Assembly: GCA_963663965.2 (NCBI GenBank)
Contig: CAXXFK010000013.1
Location: 1-64,000 of the forward strand
From: Sedimentisphaerales bacterium
Lineage (GTDB): Bacteria > Planctomycetota > Phycisphaerae > Sedimentisphaerales > SM23-30
Length of the DNA: 64,000 bases
Direction of reading: 5' to 3'
The position numbers and the translations under genes are program-made. This document shows, piece by piece, positions 29,790 to 40,518 of the stretch; within the stretch, counting starts at the first letter, position 1, and each line of letters begins with the position of its first letter. The notes beneath the pieces were generated by a model, which worked only from the letters and a program-made list of their open reading frames with translations, was not told the DNA's origin and did no database searches.

Positions 29790-30346
29790 CAGGATTTCAT
29801 CAAAGTGGTCACGGTGACTTTTATTTTAAACGACGCATCATCGGCATTGCGATTGTTGCCTTGTAATTCGATTGAGAACTCTTCCAAACCGGCCAGATAG
29901 GGATTGTCATAGATCTTGTCGGCGAGATTGAGAAGATTGTTGTGTTTGGCCCTGCCGGTCAGAGAGAGGCGCGCCAGTTTGTAGGGCGTGCCGGTCAGAG
30001 GGGTTAATTTGGTGTCGAATTGCGGATCACCATCGATCCCAACCCCCGCCTGTCTGAATTGTTCTTCCAGTTTTCGTTTGAACAGGATTTTCTGGGTCAA
30101 TTCATCCGCGGGCAATTCCAGTTTTCCGGTACGTTCAATAATTTTGCGGTCGAACCGGTCGGGTGACACGGCAGCCTGTAATCTGGCAATGGTCTGTTGC
30201 CGTTTTTCCAGTTCGGCCTTCTGGCTTTCCCAGCGGGTCAGCAAAGGATCCAGAACCCAGCTGTAACCGAAAATTAACAGGGCGCTTACTGTCAGGACGA
30301 TCAGAGCGAACACATTGCGGCGCTTGTCGGAAGTCTGGTTTATCAT
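29789..30346 (-). CDS. GspM/PilO-like inner-membrane platform protein
   Basis: TM helix, coiled coil and ferredoxin-like C-terminus; operon position. Confidence 0.6.
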   Translation of the reverse strand: MINQTSDKRRNVFALIVLTVSALLIFGYSWVLDPLLTRWESQKAELEKRQQTIARLQAAVSPDRFDRKIIERTGKLELPADELTQKILFKRKLEEQFRQAGVGIDGDPQFDTKLTPLTGTPYKLARLSLTGRAKHNNLLNLADKIYDNPYLAGLEEFSIELQGNNRNADDASFKIKVTVTTLMKS

Positions 30347-31827
30347 ATATCGGATACCTGATTAAAAATAGAAGTTTTTTTGCGAACGGATTTAAACGGT
30401 CCATATTCAAAGCTCAAGGTAAAATACTGGCGTTTTTCCTTGTCGTTGTAAGTGATGGGCGAGAGGATCACTTTCTCGACCCCTTTGAGCGCGATAAAAA
30501 TGTCCTGATAATCATAGACCACTTTTTTATCATTTCCCCCGGCCTGGGCATAGATCCGAACCGGTTCCCCATGGATGCAGGTAATGCTGTTCATCTGGAT
30601 ATTTTGCGGGGTTTTTTCGTGGAGCAGCCCCCAGAGTTCGAGGATGTCGGGTCTCATGGGATTCAGGGTTTTGCGGGTGTTCTGCAAAGAATGCCATTGC
30701 TCCGGAGAGGATTCCGGGTACATTTCCTTAAATTTTTTTTCGAGTGATTCGATTTGCCGGTCGGCGATCCGGCATTGCGCGATGGTTTTTCCATAGGATG
30801 AGAAAATCAGAACCACGGCCATCAGCAGCGCCGCCACCAGGCTGATGCCAAGGCCGGGAGCGTGAATTTTCACTTTGCGAACCTGAGGTTGATAATGCAG
30901 GGCGGGAAACAGTTCAAATCGATTGGCCGGCTGGGCCAGGCCGGCAAATCCCAGCCCCAATGGAATCAGCCAGTCGTAAATGGCCGAATCCGCTTGTACG
31001 GATTCCGATGGGGGCAGGGTGACCCGTTCGGTATAGGGACGGATCATCTTGACATTCAATGAAAGAGTGGCCAGGTAATCGGCCAGCATGGCAAAACGAG
31101 CGTCGGGACATTGGATGATTTCGACAGGCTGATCTTTAAACCGAGGATGAGTCGAGACGGTATGAAAGATATCCTGGGCCAGTTGTTCGGCGATGTCCCG
31201 ATCGATGGAGTCTGTCATCAGCAAGTCATCCAGTCCGGCGTCACAACAGGCGCCGCCGGCGAGCTGGCCCTGATTGACAAAACAGATCCAGGTGGTTTTG
31301 GCGGCAATATAGATTACCGTGCGGGGGGAGTCCTGAGCGTCAAACAGGTTGACAGCGGCCGCCGTGATCGCTTCCGCGGTCAGCAGGATATGATCCGGCT
31401 GCAACGAGCGGGCCGTTGCTTCGATCCGGTCCTGCAGGCTGGCATTGACGGCCGCCAGAATCGCATTGGAGCCATTCGTGGAAGCGAAGGTTTTCCAATC
31501 GAAACGCATGCGATCGGGCGGAAGCGGCAGAATGGTTTCGGCTTGAATGGCGATGGCCGATTCGACCTGATCCTCTTTTACTGGCGGCAGGGGTATTTCG
31601 TAAAAAGCGGGGCGAATCCGGTCGAAACAGATGATCGGCCGGACGTGGCCGGTTTGATGATCCGGCGAATGCTGTTGCATGAACTCGCGGCCAGCAGCAG
31701 CCAGGTCGGTTTCGTGGCAAGGTTGACGCAAACAAGACAAGACCTCCGCATGACCGGCGCGGAATTTTGCCCAAAGCGCTTTGAGCTGCTTATCCTGATA
31801 ACTGAGAGTAAAAATGGTTTTCGTCAA
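30343..31827 (-). CDS. GspL (PilM/PilN-like) protein
   Basis: Actin-like cytoplasmic region (IAIQAETILPLP), TM helix and periplasmic PilN-like domain. Confidence 0.7.
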   Translation of the reverse strand: MTKTIFTLSYQDKQLKALWAKFRAGHAEVLSCLRQPCHETDLAAAGREFMQQHSPDHQTGHVRPIICFDRIRPAFYEIPLPPVKEDQVESAIAIQAETILPLPPDRMRFDWKTFASTNGSNAILAAVNASLQDRIEATARSLQPDHILLTAEAITAAAVNLFDAQDSPRTVIYIAAKTTWICFVNQGQLAGGACCDAGLDDLLMTDSIDRDIAEQLAQDIFHTVSTHPRFKDQPVEIIQCPDARFAMLADYLATLSLNVKMIRPYTERVTLPPSESVQADSAIYDWLIPLGLGFAGLAQPANRFELFPALHYQPQVRKVKIHAPGLGISLVAALLMAVVLIFSSYGKTIAQCRIADRQIESLEKKFKEMYPESSPEQWHSLQNTRKTLNPMRPDILELWGLLHEKTPQNIQMNSITCIHGEPVRIYAQAGGNDKKVVYDYQDIFIALKGVEKVILSPITYNDKEKRQYFTLSFEYGPFKSVRKKTSIFNQVSDI

Positions 31828-31849
31828 AGCGAACTCCTGAATGACAAAC

Positions 31850-33184
31850 TTAGTCGAAATATAAAGTTAAGATTTTTGCCTTTTCACGGTCAATCACGGC
31901 CCAGGCCCTGCGGATGGCGCCGGTTTTGAGGGATTGAGCCTGACATTCGATCGTAAAAACACGGGTGCGCACCGTTATGGCATTGGCCATTTTTTTAAAG
32001 TCTTCAAAGGAAAAATCCCCCATACTCAACAGGTCGGCGATGTTGGAAAAACCCAGATAGCTGCCCTGACGATAGTTGATGGTTTTTTCCACCAGGGCCT
32101 GGTCGCCTTCGAAAAGGGCGGTTAATACTTCGCGCGGGGCGGTATTGATATTAATCAGGCCGGGTAGGGTTTTGCTGTCGGAAACAGTAATACGGTCGGC
32201 GATGTCCATGAACGTCTGGAGGTCGATTGTTTCGGCCCGGTCGGATTCACTGTCAGGGTCGGGATCTTCGGTTTTGGATGGGTCCCGGACGATATCGGCG
32301 ATGGTTTTGAACCCGTTGCCGCGATTATCGACGATCCATTTGGCATAGGCTTTCCGCAGGCCGAGACTCTGCTGAAGCTGGTTTTCATCGGCTTGATTGA
32401 CATTGATCCTTTCGGAACCCTCGCCGTCGGTATTGGTGTCGTAAGAATAGCAGGTCAGCCAGGCAATAAGGCCCTGATCGAGGATATCATCTTCGTTGTC
32501 CTGTGGCGGCGTGATCCGGCCGTCTTGTTCGTTATAATCCAAGATCCCGTTGCGGTTGGTATCTTCACCAAAGAATTGCGAACGGTTGATTCCTTCGATC
32601 TGGAGCACTTCGCCTACGGTTTTAAGCGGGGCGTTGCGAATGGCATAAGGATAATCCAGGGCCAGGTAATGTTTGCTCTCGGCGCCACCGGCGGTGATGT
32701 TGTTGTCTTCATCGCGCCAGTCCATAATGGCGGCGGCCGCTTCCTGGGACATCCCCGGCAGATTTTGCAGTTGTTCCCGGGTGGCGGTATTGATATTCAG
32801 TTTGCCGGCTTCATCGAAAAATTTTACCTTGACCTGACATCCGGAAAGTTCCAGGGTATGGTCTGATGAGTTGGAACTACTATTATCAGCAAGCAGGCCG
32901 GTTGAATCGTTCTGATCATATTCACCTTCTGCCCAGGAATCGTTCAAGGTATCGGTTCCATCGGTATCTTCTTTCAGCAGGCACAAGGCGTATTCGATCC
33001 CGGCGCGGAGCGCCCATTTGGCCTGAATGGTCTGTTGTTCATTCTGGCTGAGCAGGGTTTCCTGGCGGGTGTTACGGGCGGTGACCGTGATAATCAAAGC
33101 CAGGATCGCGGTAATCCATAATACCGTGATCAAAGCCATGGCGCGCCGGGAACGGGATGTCAGTTTGCGTTTCATGTTTAGCAC
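31850..33184 (-). CDS. gspK: Minor pseudopilin GspK
   Basis: AMALITVLW, DEAGKLNINTA, AIMDWRDED and ININTAP motifs. Confidence 0.9.
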   Translation of the reverse strand: MLNMKRKLTSRSRRAMALITVLWITAILALIITVTARNTRQETLLSQNEQQTIQAKWALRAGIEYALCLLKEDTDGTDTLNDSWAEGEYDQNDSTGLLADNSSSNSSDHTLELSGCQVKVKFFDEAGKLNINTATREQLQNLPGMSQEAAAAIMDWRDEDNNITAGGAESKHYLALDYPYAIRNAPLKTVGEVLQIEGINRSQFFGEDTNRNGILDYNEQDGRITPPQDNEDDILDQGLIAWLTCYSYDTNTDGEGSERINVNQADENQLQQSLGLRKAYAKWIVDNRGNGFKTIADIVRDPSKTEDPDPDSESDRAETIDLQTFMDIADRITVSDSKTLPGLININTAPREVLTALFEGDQALVEKTINYRQGSYLGFSNIADLLSMGDFSFEDFKKMANAITVRTRVFTIECQAQSLKTGAIRRAWAVIDREKAKILTLYFD

Positions 33185-33202
33185 TATTGAGACAAAGACC
33201 GG

Positions 33203-34030
33203 TTATCGCCGGCCGCGTCGCCGATTCGAGCGTACTTCGGGACTGTTGTTCCGGTTATTATTCCGGTTATTGTTATTGTTATTGGTATTGTTATCCGCAT
33301 TATTGTTAGTCGTATTATTGTCGGGGGTATTATTGTTATTCTTGTTGTTGCCCGAATTGCCGGTATTTTCCGGCTGGTCGGGCCAGCGGGGAAAATCGAT
33401 GATGGCCGACCGGCTCAGGACATGCCGGCCATCCGCCGTAACGCCGGTGAGTTTAACTTTAACGATGCCGGGCAATTGATTTTTTGATTTGGGCCAGGCG
33501 GTGACCCATTCCTGGAGTTGGGGATCGAAATAAACAATATCAAAACTCCGGATATTACTGTAAAGCACCGACAGCATCCCCCCGGGATTTTTGGTGTTAT
33601 AAGGATTCGGCTGATACCGGCGGACCAGCTTCAGCGGTTCGTCCGGTTGATCTTCATTACCCATGACGAGGTATTCCACTTCGTAGACATCGCCTTCCGG
33701 CTGGAGCATGCGGGCCGGGGTCAGGCTGACAGTGTGAAACCGCAGGGTCGAATAGGGGATTTCTTCTTCACCCAGGGGGGTGGCGCCGCCATAAAACACC
33801 CGCGCGTCCGGGGTCGCTTCACGGTAGATATTCAGCAGATCCTGACGGATTAACTCAATGGCAAATCTCAGGTCCTCGCTGGTCTGGGTATACTGATCGA
33901 TGCGTTCGCGGCCACTGGTGACGCTTTTAACCGAGGTAACCGCGATCAGGGCGATAAACGCCGATATGACCGAAGCGGCCAGCAGTTCGATCAAGGTAAA
34001 GCCAGATTGTCGGATTGAGTATAAACGCAT
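33203..34030 (-). CDS. gspJ: Minor pseudopilin GspJ with Asn-rich tail
   Basis: G|FTLIEL prepilin motif and W...LPGIVKVKL. Confidence 0.8.
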   Translation of the reverse strand: MRLYSIRQSGFTLIELLAASVISAFIALIAVTSVKSVTSGRERIDQYTQTSEDLRFAIELIRQDLLNIYREATPDARVFYGGATPLGEEEIPYSTLRFHTVSLTPARMLQPEGDVYEVEYLVMGNEDQPDEPLKLVRRYQPNPYNTKNPGGMLSVLYSNIRSFDIVYFDPQLQEWVTAWPKSKNQLPGIVKVKLTGVTADGRHVLSRSAIIDFPRWPDQPENTGNSGNNKNNNNTPDNNTTNNNADNNTNNNNNNRNNNRNNSPEVRSNRRRGRR

Positions 34031-34032
34031 TG

Positions 34033-34530
34033 TTATTGAGGTTGAAGCATGTTGTCCGGGGTATTAGTGTCTACCGATTCGCCGGTAGGATTGTCTTGGG
34101 AATCAGGAAGCATCAGAGAGGCGGCGGATTCATCGTAGAGGATGGTCGAGGCGGTGATGATCCGATTTTTTTTATTCCAATGCCAGCCGAGGGTCAGATC
34201 GATTCGGAACAGGCCTGAATAAGTAGCATCTTCCTGGACCTGGATTCGCCATTGATAGAGTCTGATCTGGCCGTTGTCATCGGTATATTCGACTTCGCCG
34301 GAGGTCTGGCCCATGGCAAGAAACTGGGTCAATCCCATCTGGGTAATCGTGGTCATCTGTTCATCAAAAATCTGCCAGGCCAGCAGGGAATCGTTATTAG
34401 CCCGGATCTGCCAGAGTGTTTTGCTGCTGATCGCGCCAATCAGCGCCACCGTTGTGCAGAGCACCACACTGGATGCCAGCGCTTCGATCAGGGTGAAGCC
34501 GCGGGATTTATGTAAGCAGAAATCGTTCAT
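34033..34530 (-). CDS. gspI: Minor pseudopilin GspI-like
   Basis: G|FTLIEA motif; operon position. Confidence 0.7.
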   Translation of the reverse strand: MNDFCLHKSRGFTLIEALASSVVLCTTVALIGAISSKTLWQIRANNDSLLAWQIFDEQMTTITQMGLTQFLAMGQTSGEVEYTDDNGQIRLYQWRIQVQEDATYSGLFRIDLTLGWHWNKKNRIITASTILYDESAASLMLPDSQDNPTGESVDTNTPDNMLQPQ

Positions 34531-35138
34531 GAAGCAAGATCCAGATCGATAATGGATTGTTCCAGTTGGTCTACGGCGCCATTGTGAATGCGAGGACGGG
34601 CGTTGCCCGGTTCAATGGTCAGGGTATAGCTTTTTTTCCCATTGGTGATCGAAATCAACGCGGCATCGGCGGAACCATCGGGCAGGTACGAGATTACTTT
34701 TTGAGATTGAGTTTCGTCGGCGTTGTTGTCATGATTAGCGTCTTCGCGGCTGTCGTATGTGGCAGCCAGTTCGAAAGACATAATCTGGATATTATCTAAC
34801 GATATCGAGGCGGGAAGCTCAATGGGTTTACAGTAACGGTCTTTGACGATGACTTGCCGGACCTGGCCGGTGGTCTGGTCGACGGATTGGAGATTCAGGT
34901 AGATTTGCCGTTTTTCTGTGTCGAGAATCAATTTACAGGGCGCGTGCCGGTTGATGGCCAGATAGCGGGCATAGCGGGCGAGATTATAAAACCGGCGCGC
35001 GGTCGCTTCCAGATTACGCGCCTGGTAGCGTTTGATGCCGGTTACGCCGATCATGCCGGCCAGCATCGCGATCAGGACGGTGACCGCGACCAGCTCGAGC
35101 AGGGTAAAGCCTGAATTGTTCCGGTGGATACTTTTCAT
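34527..35138 (-). CDS. gspH: Minor pseudopilin GspH/FimT-like
   Basis: G|FTLLEL, LARYARYLAI and YLPDGS motifs. Confidence 0.75.
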   Translation of the reverse strand: MKSIHRNNSGFTLLELVAVTVLIAMLAGMIGVTGIKRYQARNLEATARRFYNLARYARYLAINRHAPCKLILDTEKRQIYLNLQSVDQTTGQVRQVIVKDRYCKPIELPASISLDNIQIMSFELAATYDSREDANHDNNADETQSQKVISYLPDGSADAALISITNGKKSYTLTIEPGNARPRIHNGAVDQLEQSIIDLDLAS

Positions 35139-35560
35139 TCGTTGGTAATATCGGCGTTAATTCCTTCGCCATCGGGCGATCCATCAGCGCCGTAGCAGAT
35201 GATGTCAAATGAGCCCTGATTTAAAGTCCCTTCGGCCACGTAGAGATAAGGCCGCCCCCAGGGATCCAGGATCTGTTTGTTTTTGAGGTAGGGGCCATCC
35301 CATTTGCCTTCTTCCAGGTCCGTGGGCGCCGTGACCAGGGCATTGAGGCCTTCTTCCTGGGTGGGATAGCGGTCACAATCATAGGCGAACTCTTCCAGGG
35401 CTTTTTCTACCAGGGCGATTCCGGCGGTGGCCATGTTGAATTTGGCTTTGCCAAATCGTTTGAAAACTTTGGGCGCGACAAAGACACCCAGCATGGCGAT
35501 AATCAAGACGACTACCATAATTTCAATCAGGGTAAAGCCTTTTTGACGTTTTTTAATCAT
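35135..35560 (-). CDS. gspG: Major pseudopilin GspG
   Basis: G|FTLIEIM, YPTQEEGLNAL, WDGPYL, DPWG and YGADG motifs. Confidence 0.95.
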   Translation of the reverse strand: MIKKRQKGFTLIEIMVVVLIIAMLGVFVAPKVFKRFGKAKFNMATAGIALVEKALEEFAYDCDRYPTQEEGLNALVTAPTDLEEGKWDGPYLKNKQILDPWGRPYLYVAEGTLNQGSFDIICYGADGSPDGEGINADITNE

Positions 35561-35594
35561 ATGTTAAACTCCTGTCAGGGTAAAAAATTTAAAA

Positions 35595-36851
35595 TTAACC
35601 GGCGCCCAGATCCATGGACATGATCGGCAACAAGATTCCAATGACAATAAATCCGACCACGGCGGCCAGTAACATAACCAGGATGCCGGGCAGAATCGCT
35701 GTGAATCGGGTGATAGCGCTGTCGGCTTCTTCATCGAAGGTCGTGGCGGCGTCCAGCAGCATTTCATCCAGTTTGCCGGTTTGTTCGCCTACTGAGACAA
35801 TCTGGACCAGCAGGGGCGGAAAGATTCCGGAACGGGCCAGCGGTTCTGCCAGCGGATCACCCCCGCGAACGGCATTCATGACGTTGTCGATTTCTCGCGA
35901 GAGCTGTTCATTGCCCAGGGTGCCGCGCACGACGGTGAGCGCTTCCAGAATCGTGATCCCGCCATGGGTGAGTGACCCGAGGGTTCGCGCAAAACGACCC
36001 ACGGCCACCGTCCGCAACACCTGTCCCAATACGGGCACCAGTAATTTAAAGCGGTCCCAGGTGTAGCGTCCGGAAGCCGTGGATATCCAATATCTAAAAC
36101 CGACGACCGTCAGAATGATTCCAATTAAAATCGCCCAGCCGTAATGTTCGCTGACATTACTTACCAGCATGAGTACCCGGGTGGGCCAGGGTAACAGCGC
36201 TTCGTTATCCGTTATAGAGGTAATAATACGGGGCAGGACAAAGGTAGTGAGGATATAGACCGAGATCATGCCAACGACCAGAACAAAAAGAGGATAGGTT
36301 GACGCGCTGCGGATATTTGAACGGATCTGGTTTTCGCGTTTGAGCAGCGAGGCCAGTTGCCCGGTGGTTTCCTGGAGGATGCCGCCGGTTTCCCCCACCT
36401 GGATCATGGCCAGATACAATGGGCTGAAAAATTTCGGATGTTTTTTCATGGCTTCAGAAAGCGAATCACCCGAACTGACATCGTGCTGCAACTGTAAGAG
36501 AATCTGTTTAATGTTGGGTTTGGAGATCTGTTTTTCGATCACCTTGAGACATTCCATGATGGGCAGGCCGGCCTGGAGCGCCGTGTGCAATTGCGCCGTC
36601 ATGGTCTGGATGTCTTTGCGGGTGATATTGCCGGATAACTTGCCGGAGGGCAGTGCGAACCGGGATTGTGCGCTATCTGTTTTGTACGCCGGACCGGGTG
36701 AAGAAACCATGACTTGCCCATGCGGGGCGATGCTGGTGGCGTAATACCCTTTGTCTTTCAAGGTCAAGATCGCGGCTTTACGATCGAGGGCGTCAATCGT
36801 ACCGGAAATCGTTTTGCCTCTATTGTCGATACCCTGGTAAATAAATTCCAT
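35595..36851 (-). CDS. gspF: T2SS inner-membrane protein GspF/PilC
   Basis: Two GspF repeats (VGETGG, VGEQTGKLD) and three TM segments. Confidence 0.93.
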   Translation of the reverse strand: MEFIYQGIDNRGKTISGTIDALDRKAAILTLKDKGYYATSIAPHGQVMVSSPGPAYKTDSAQSRFALPSGKLSGNITRKDIQTMTAQLHTALQAGLPIMECLKVIEKQISKPNIKQILLQLQHDVSSGDSLSEAMKKHPKFFSPLYLAMIQVGETGGILQETTGQLASLLKRENQIRSNIRSASTYPLFVLVVGMISVYILTTFVLPRIITSITDNEALLPWPTRVLMLVSNVSEHYGWAILIGIILTVVGFRYWISTASGRYTWDRFKLLVPVLGQVLRTVAVGRFARTLGSLTHGGITILEALTVVRGTLGNEQLSREIDNVMNAVRGGDPLAEPLARSGIFPPLLVQIVSVGEQTGKLDEMLLDAATTFDEEADSAITRFTAILPGILVMLLAAVVGFIVIGILLPIMSMDLGAG

Positions 36852-36905
36852 TACTTCCGCAAAGTCCCTTCTGGCTAGTATCCTCTAGGCGAGTGTTTTG
36901 GATGA

Positions 36906-38615
36906 TTATTCGCCTTGTTCTTCGTTTTCCTGAGTGGCTCGCAATACTTCCTGCGGAGTGGTTAATCCCTGAAGGATTTTCAGAATGCCATCATGGCGCA
37001 TGCTGTGGTAATCGGCGGGTGCGTTTCGAACGATTTGTTCGGCGGTGGGACGACTGCTGATCAGTTGACGTAATTTGTCGCTGATATGGAGAATTTCGAA
37101 AATGCCGGTCCGGCCGCGCAAACCGCTTTGCATACACTGATCGCAACCCTGGCCCCGGTAGAACAGGGCGTCCGAGGCAATGGAAATCGAGTTATGCAGG
37201 CTGAGCCGCAGACTGTCGTCCGGATGATAGGATTCTTTGCATTTGGCGCAGATTTTCCGCACCAGTCGCTGGGCCAATACGGTTTCCAGTGAACTGGCCA
37301 GCAGAAATGGCTCGACTCCCATATCGATCAAGCGGGTAATGGCTCCGGCGGCGTTATTCGTATGTAAGGTGGAAAAGACCAGGTGGCCGGTCATGGCGGC
37401 CCGGATAGCGATATCAGCCGTTTCGCGGTCGCGAATTTCACCTACCATGATGACGTCGGGATCCTGGCGTAAGATATGGCGAAGTCCGGTCGCAAAACTC
37501 AATCCGCGTTTGGGATTGACCGGCATCTGGATGATGCCGTTTAATTGATATTCAACCGGATCTTCGATCGTAATAATTTTCAGTTCCGGTTTGTAAATCG
37601 TATTGAGCGCCGCATACAGCGTGGTCGTTTTGCCGCTTCCGGTCGGTCCGGTTACCAGTATAATGCCATGGCTGAGATGAAGGGTTCGGTTAAACATGGC
37701 CATATTGTTATGGTCCATGCCCAGTTCGGTCAAACCCAGCAGGGCGGTCGATTTATCCAGCAGGCGCATGGTGATGGATTCGCCATAGATGGTCGGGACC
37801 GTCGAGACGCGGATATCCACTTTGCCTTTGGGACCGGCAAATTCGATGTGTCCATCCTGCGGCACAAACCGCTCGGCAATGTTCATATTGCCCATGATCT
37901 TGATACGGGAAATAATGGCGGCCTGCAATTTTTTGGGTGAGGGCGATTTTTCCACGAGGGCGCCATCGATCCGGTATTTGATTTTGAGCCGGTCTTCGAA
38001 CGGTTCAATATGGACATCGCTGGCGCGGGCGTCGATGGCTTCAAGCACAACTAAATTCACCAGGTTGACCAGGGAGGGTTGGCGGGCCAGTTCATGCAAC
38101 TGGGCGGCGGACATGTCATCATTTTGCGAGATTTCGGCCTGTTCTTCCGGCACCAGATCATCCAGCATGCGTGAGACATTACTGCCATAATATTTCTGAA
38201 CAAGCTGTTCCAGATCGGTCGGATGGCAATAAAAACGTTGTATAGAACACCCGGTAATGGCCCGCAGTTCGTTCAAGGCCAGGGTGTCGAATGGATTGGC
38301 GAAGGCGGCAGCAATGGTTCCATCTAGTTGATGCAAGGGCATGAGGTTATGGCGGCCGGCCAGGTCGGCAGAGATCTTATTTAATACCATGGGCTCTGGG
38401 TGGATATCCGTCATTTTAAGGCGCTTGATCCCGGCCTGATAGCATAACGCTTCAATCAGCTGGTTTTCGTCAATATATCCCAGTTCGAGCAGGATCTGTC
38501 CCAGACGCAGTTGGCGATCCGTCTGGGTTCGCAGAGCGTCTTCCAGTTGCTGGTGGTCGATATATTGACGATCACATAGCAACATGCCTAATAGCGGTTT
38601 TTCGGATTTAATCAT
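36906..38615 (-). CDS. gspE: T2SS ATPase GspE/PilB
   Basis: GPTGSGKTT, TIEDPVEY, LRQDPDVIMVGEIRD and a tetracysteine motif. Confidence 0.95.
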   Translation of the reverse strand: MIKSEKPLLGMLLCDRQYIDHQQLEDALRTQTDRQLRLGQILLELGYIDENQLIEALCYQAGIKRLKMTDIHPEPMVLNKISADLAGRHNLMPLHQLDGTIAAAFANPFDTLALNELRAITGCSIQRFYCHPTDLEQLVQKYYGSNVSRMLDDLVPEEQAEISQNDDMSAAQLHELARQPSLVNLVNLVVLEAIDARASDVHIEPFEDRLKIKYRIDGALVEKSPSPKKLQAAIISRIKIMGNMNIAERFVPQDGHIEFAGPKGKVDIRVSTVPTIYGESITMRLLDKSTALLGLTELGMDHNNMAMFNRTLHLSHGIILVTGPTGSGKTTTLYAALNTIYKPELKIITIEDPVEYQLNGIIQMPVNPKRGLSFATGLRHILRQDPDVIMVGEIRDRETADIAIRAAMTGHLVFSTLHTNNAAGAITRLIDMGVEPFLLASSLETVLAQRLVRKICAKCKESYHPDDSLRLSLHNSISIASDALFYRGQGCDQCMQSGLRGRTGIFEILHISDKLRQLISSRPTAEQIVRNAPADYHSMRHDGILKILQGLTTPQEVLRATQENEEQGE

Positions 38616-39064
38616 GGTAGTTTTCTAAAGTCTAGGATGTAGTGATGGAAAAGAGGCCACTGGGCAGGAGAAGGAGAAACAAATCAATTATTAACTATGA
38701 CGAATCAAACTTATATTTGTTACATAATTTGTAATTATTTTTATAATGCATTAGTCCTGCATGGGATATCTTATCATTGTCTTAAATCCTTATGACGTCA
38801 ATAAATATTAAGCGTAAGGCGTCATGTTTTACTGTAGTTTTACATCTGTAGAGTTTATTCCATAGGAGTCAAGATCCGGGTAAGAGAACGCGGCAAATAT
38901 TAATTTGATGATATTGATGAATCCATCTGCAAAGATAATTTCCTATTTTACCTGTTTTGACGCATGGTTTTTTGTATTGTTTTTAGTTTCATTTGTCTTT
39001 AGGATAGTTTTATTGGTTTTTCAGGCCAAAATCTTTGTAACTAATTTAATTGGAACAAGATACG

Positions 39065-40486
39065 ATGAACAGGCGTGAATTTGTGCAAACACTGGGACTG
39101 GGGATGGTTACCGGGCTGACGATCAATCCATCTTTGCAGGCTCAATCAACCACCAGTCGCTTACCGAATATCATCTATATCCTGGCGGATGATCTTGGCT
39201 ATGGGGATCTGGGCTGTTATGGCCAGCAAAAGATCAAAACGCCGAATCTGGATCAGATGGCCCGTGACGGGATGCGGTTTACCAATCATTATGCCGGCTC
39301 AACGGTATGCGCCCCATCACGTTGTTCCCTGATGACCGGTTATCATACCGGGCATACCTTTATCCGGGGGAATAAAGAAATCCAGCCGGAAGGTCAGTAT
39401 CCGATTCCGGGTGAAACGAAAACTCTGGCTAAATTGATGAAACAGGCTGGATATGTCACCGGTTGTATCGGGAAATGGGGTTTGGGCAGCCCGGGGTCAG
39501 AGGGGGATCCGCTAAAACAGGGATTCGATTTTTTTTATGGCTACAATTGTCAGCGGCATGCCCATTCGTATTATCCGGAATATCTCTGGCGGAATGATCG
39601 AAAAGTTTCGTTAAAAGGCAATGAAAACGGCCAGAAGAATACCTATAGTCATGATCTTTTGGCTCGTGAAGCGCTTAATTTTATGCTGGCCAATTCCAAC
39701 CGGCCATTTTTTCTGTATTTGCCTTTTACAATTCCGCATGCTGAAATTCAGGTACCGGAGGATTCTTACCGGGACTATGAAGGGGCGTTTCCAGAAAAGC
39801 CCTTCATTAACAAAAGCGGAGGGGGGTATGACACCCAGATGAACCCCAGGGCGACCATGGCGGGAATGATTACGAGGATGGACCGAGACATTGGCAAAAT
39901 CTTTGATCTGTTAAAGAGGCTGGATCTGGATGAAAATACCCTGGTTATTTTTACCAGTGATAACGGTCCGCATAAAGAGGGCGGAATTGGCGAAGTAGAT
40001 TTTTTTGCCAGCAATGGTCCATTCAAAGGCGCCAAGCGTGATCTGTATGAGGGGGGGATCCGGGTGCCGATGATCGCGCGCTGGCCCGGAACGATTAAAG
40101 CCGGAACCGTGAGCGATTATGTTTCGGCTTTCTGGGATGTCCTGCCAACCCTGGCGGAACTGGGCGGGATCGAAGCACCGGCCGGTATCGACGGGATATC
40201 CTTTTTACCCACCTTGATGGGTAAATCACAACCCGGCCATCCTTATCTTTACTGGGAATTCCATGAAATGGGTGGCCGCCAGGCCGTGCGGATGGATAAC
40301 TGGAAAGGAATTCGGCAGGATGTCTTCAGCAAGCCGGAAAGTCCGATCGAATTATATGATCTAAAAGATGATCCCGGCGAAACGGAGAATGTCGCCGCCG
40401 ACCATCCCCAGGTTGTCCAGAAAATTGATCGGATCATGGCAGAGGCTCATGTGGAATCCTCTATTTTCCCATTTCGAAAAAAATGA
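39065..40486 (+). CDS. Arylsulfatase (formylglycine-dependent, Cys type), Tat-exported
   Basis: NRREFV Tat signal, ADDLG, CAPSR and SDNG motifs. Confidence 0.93.
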   Translation: MNRREFVQTLGLGMVTGLTINPSLQAQSTTSRLPNIIYILADDLGYGDLGCYGQQKIKTPNLDQMARDGMRFTNHYAGSTVCAPSRCSLMTGYHTGHTFIRGNKEIQPEGQYPIPGETKTLAKLMKQAGYVTGCIGKWGLGSPGSEGDPLKQGFDFFYGYNCQRHAHSYYPEYLWRNDRKVSLKGNENGQKNTYSHDLLAREALNFMLANSNRPFFLYLPFTIPHAEIQVPEDSYRDYEGAFPEKPFINKSGGGYDTQMNPRATMAGMITRMDRDIGKIFDLLKRLDLDENTLVIFTSDNGPHKEGGIGEVDFFASNGPFKGAKRDLYEGGIRVPMIARWPGTIKAGTVSDYVSAFWDVLPTLAELGGIEAPAGIDGISFLPTLMGKSQPGHPYLYWEFHEMGGRQAVRMDNWKGIRQDVFSKPESPIELYDLKDDPGETENVAADHPQVVQKIDRIMAEAHVESSIFPFRKK

Positions 40487-40518
40487 TCCAACAATAGCAA
40501 GTAACAGAGCTGCCTTAC

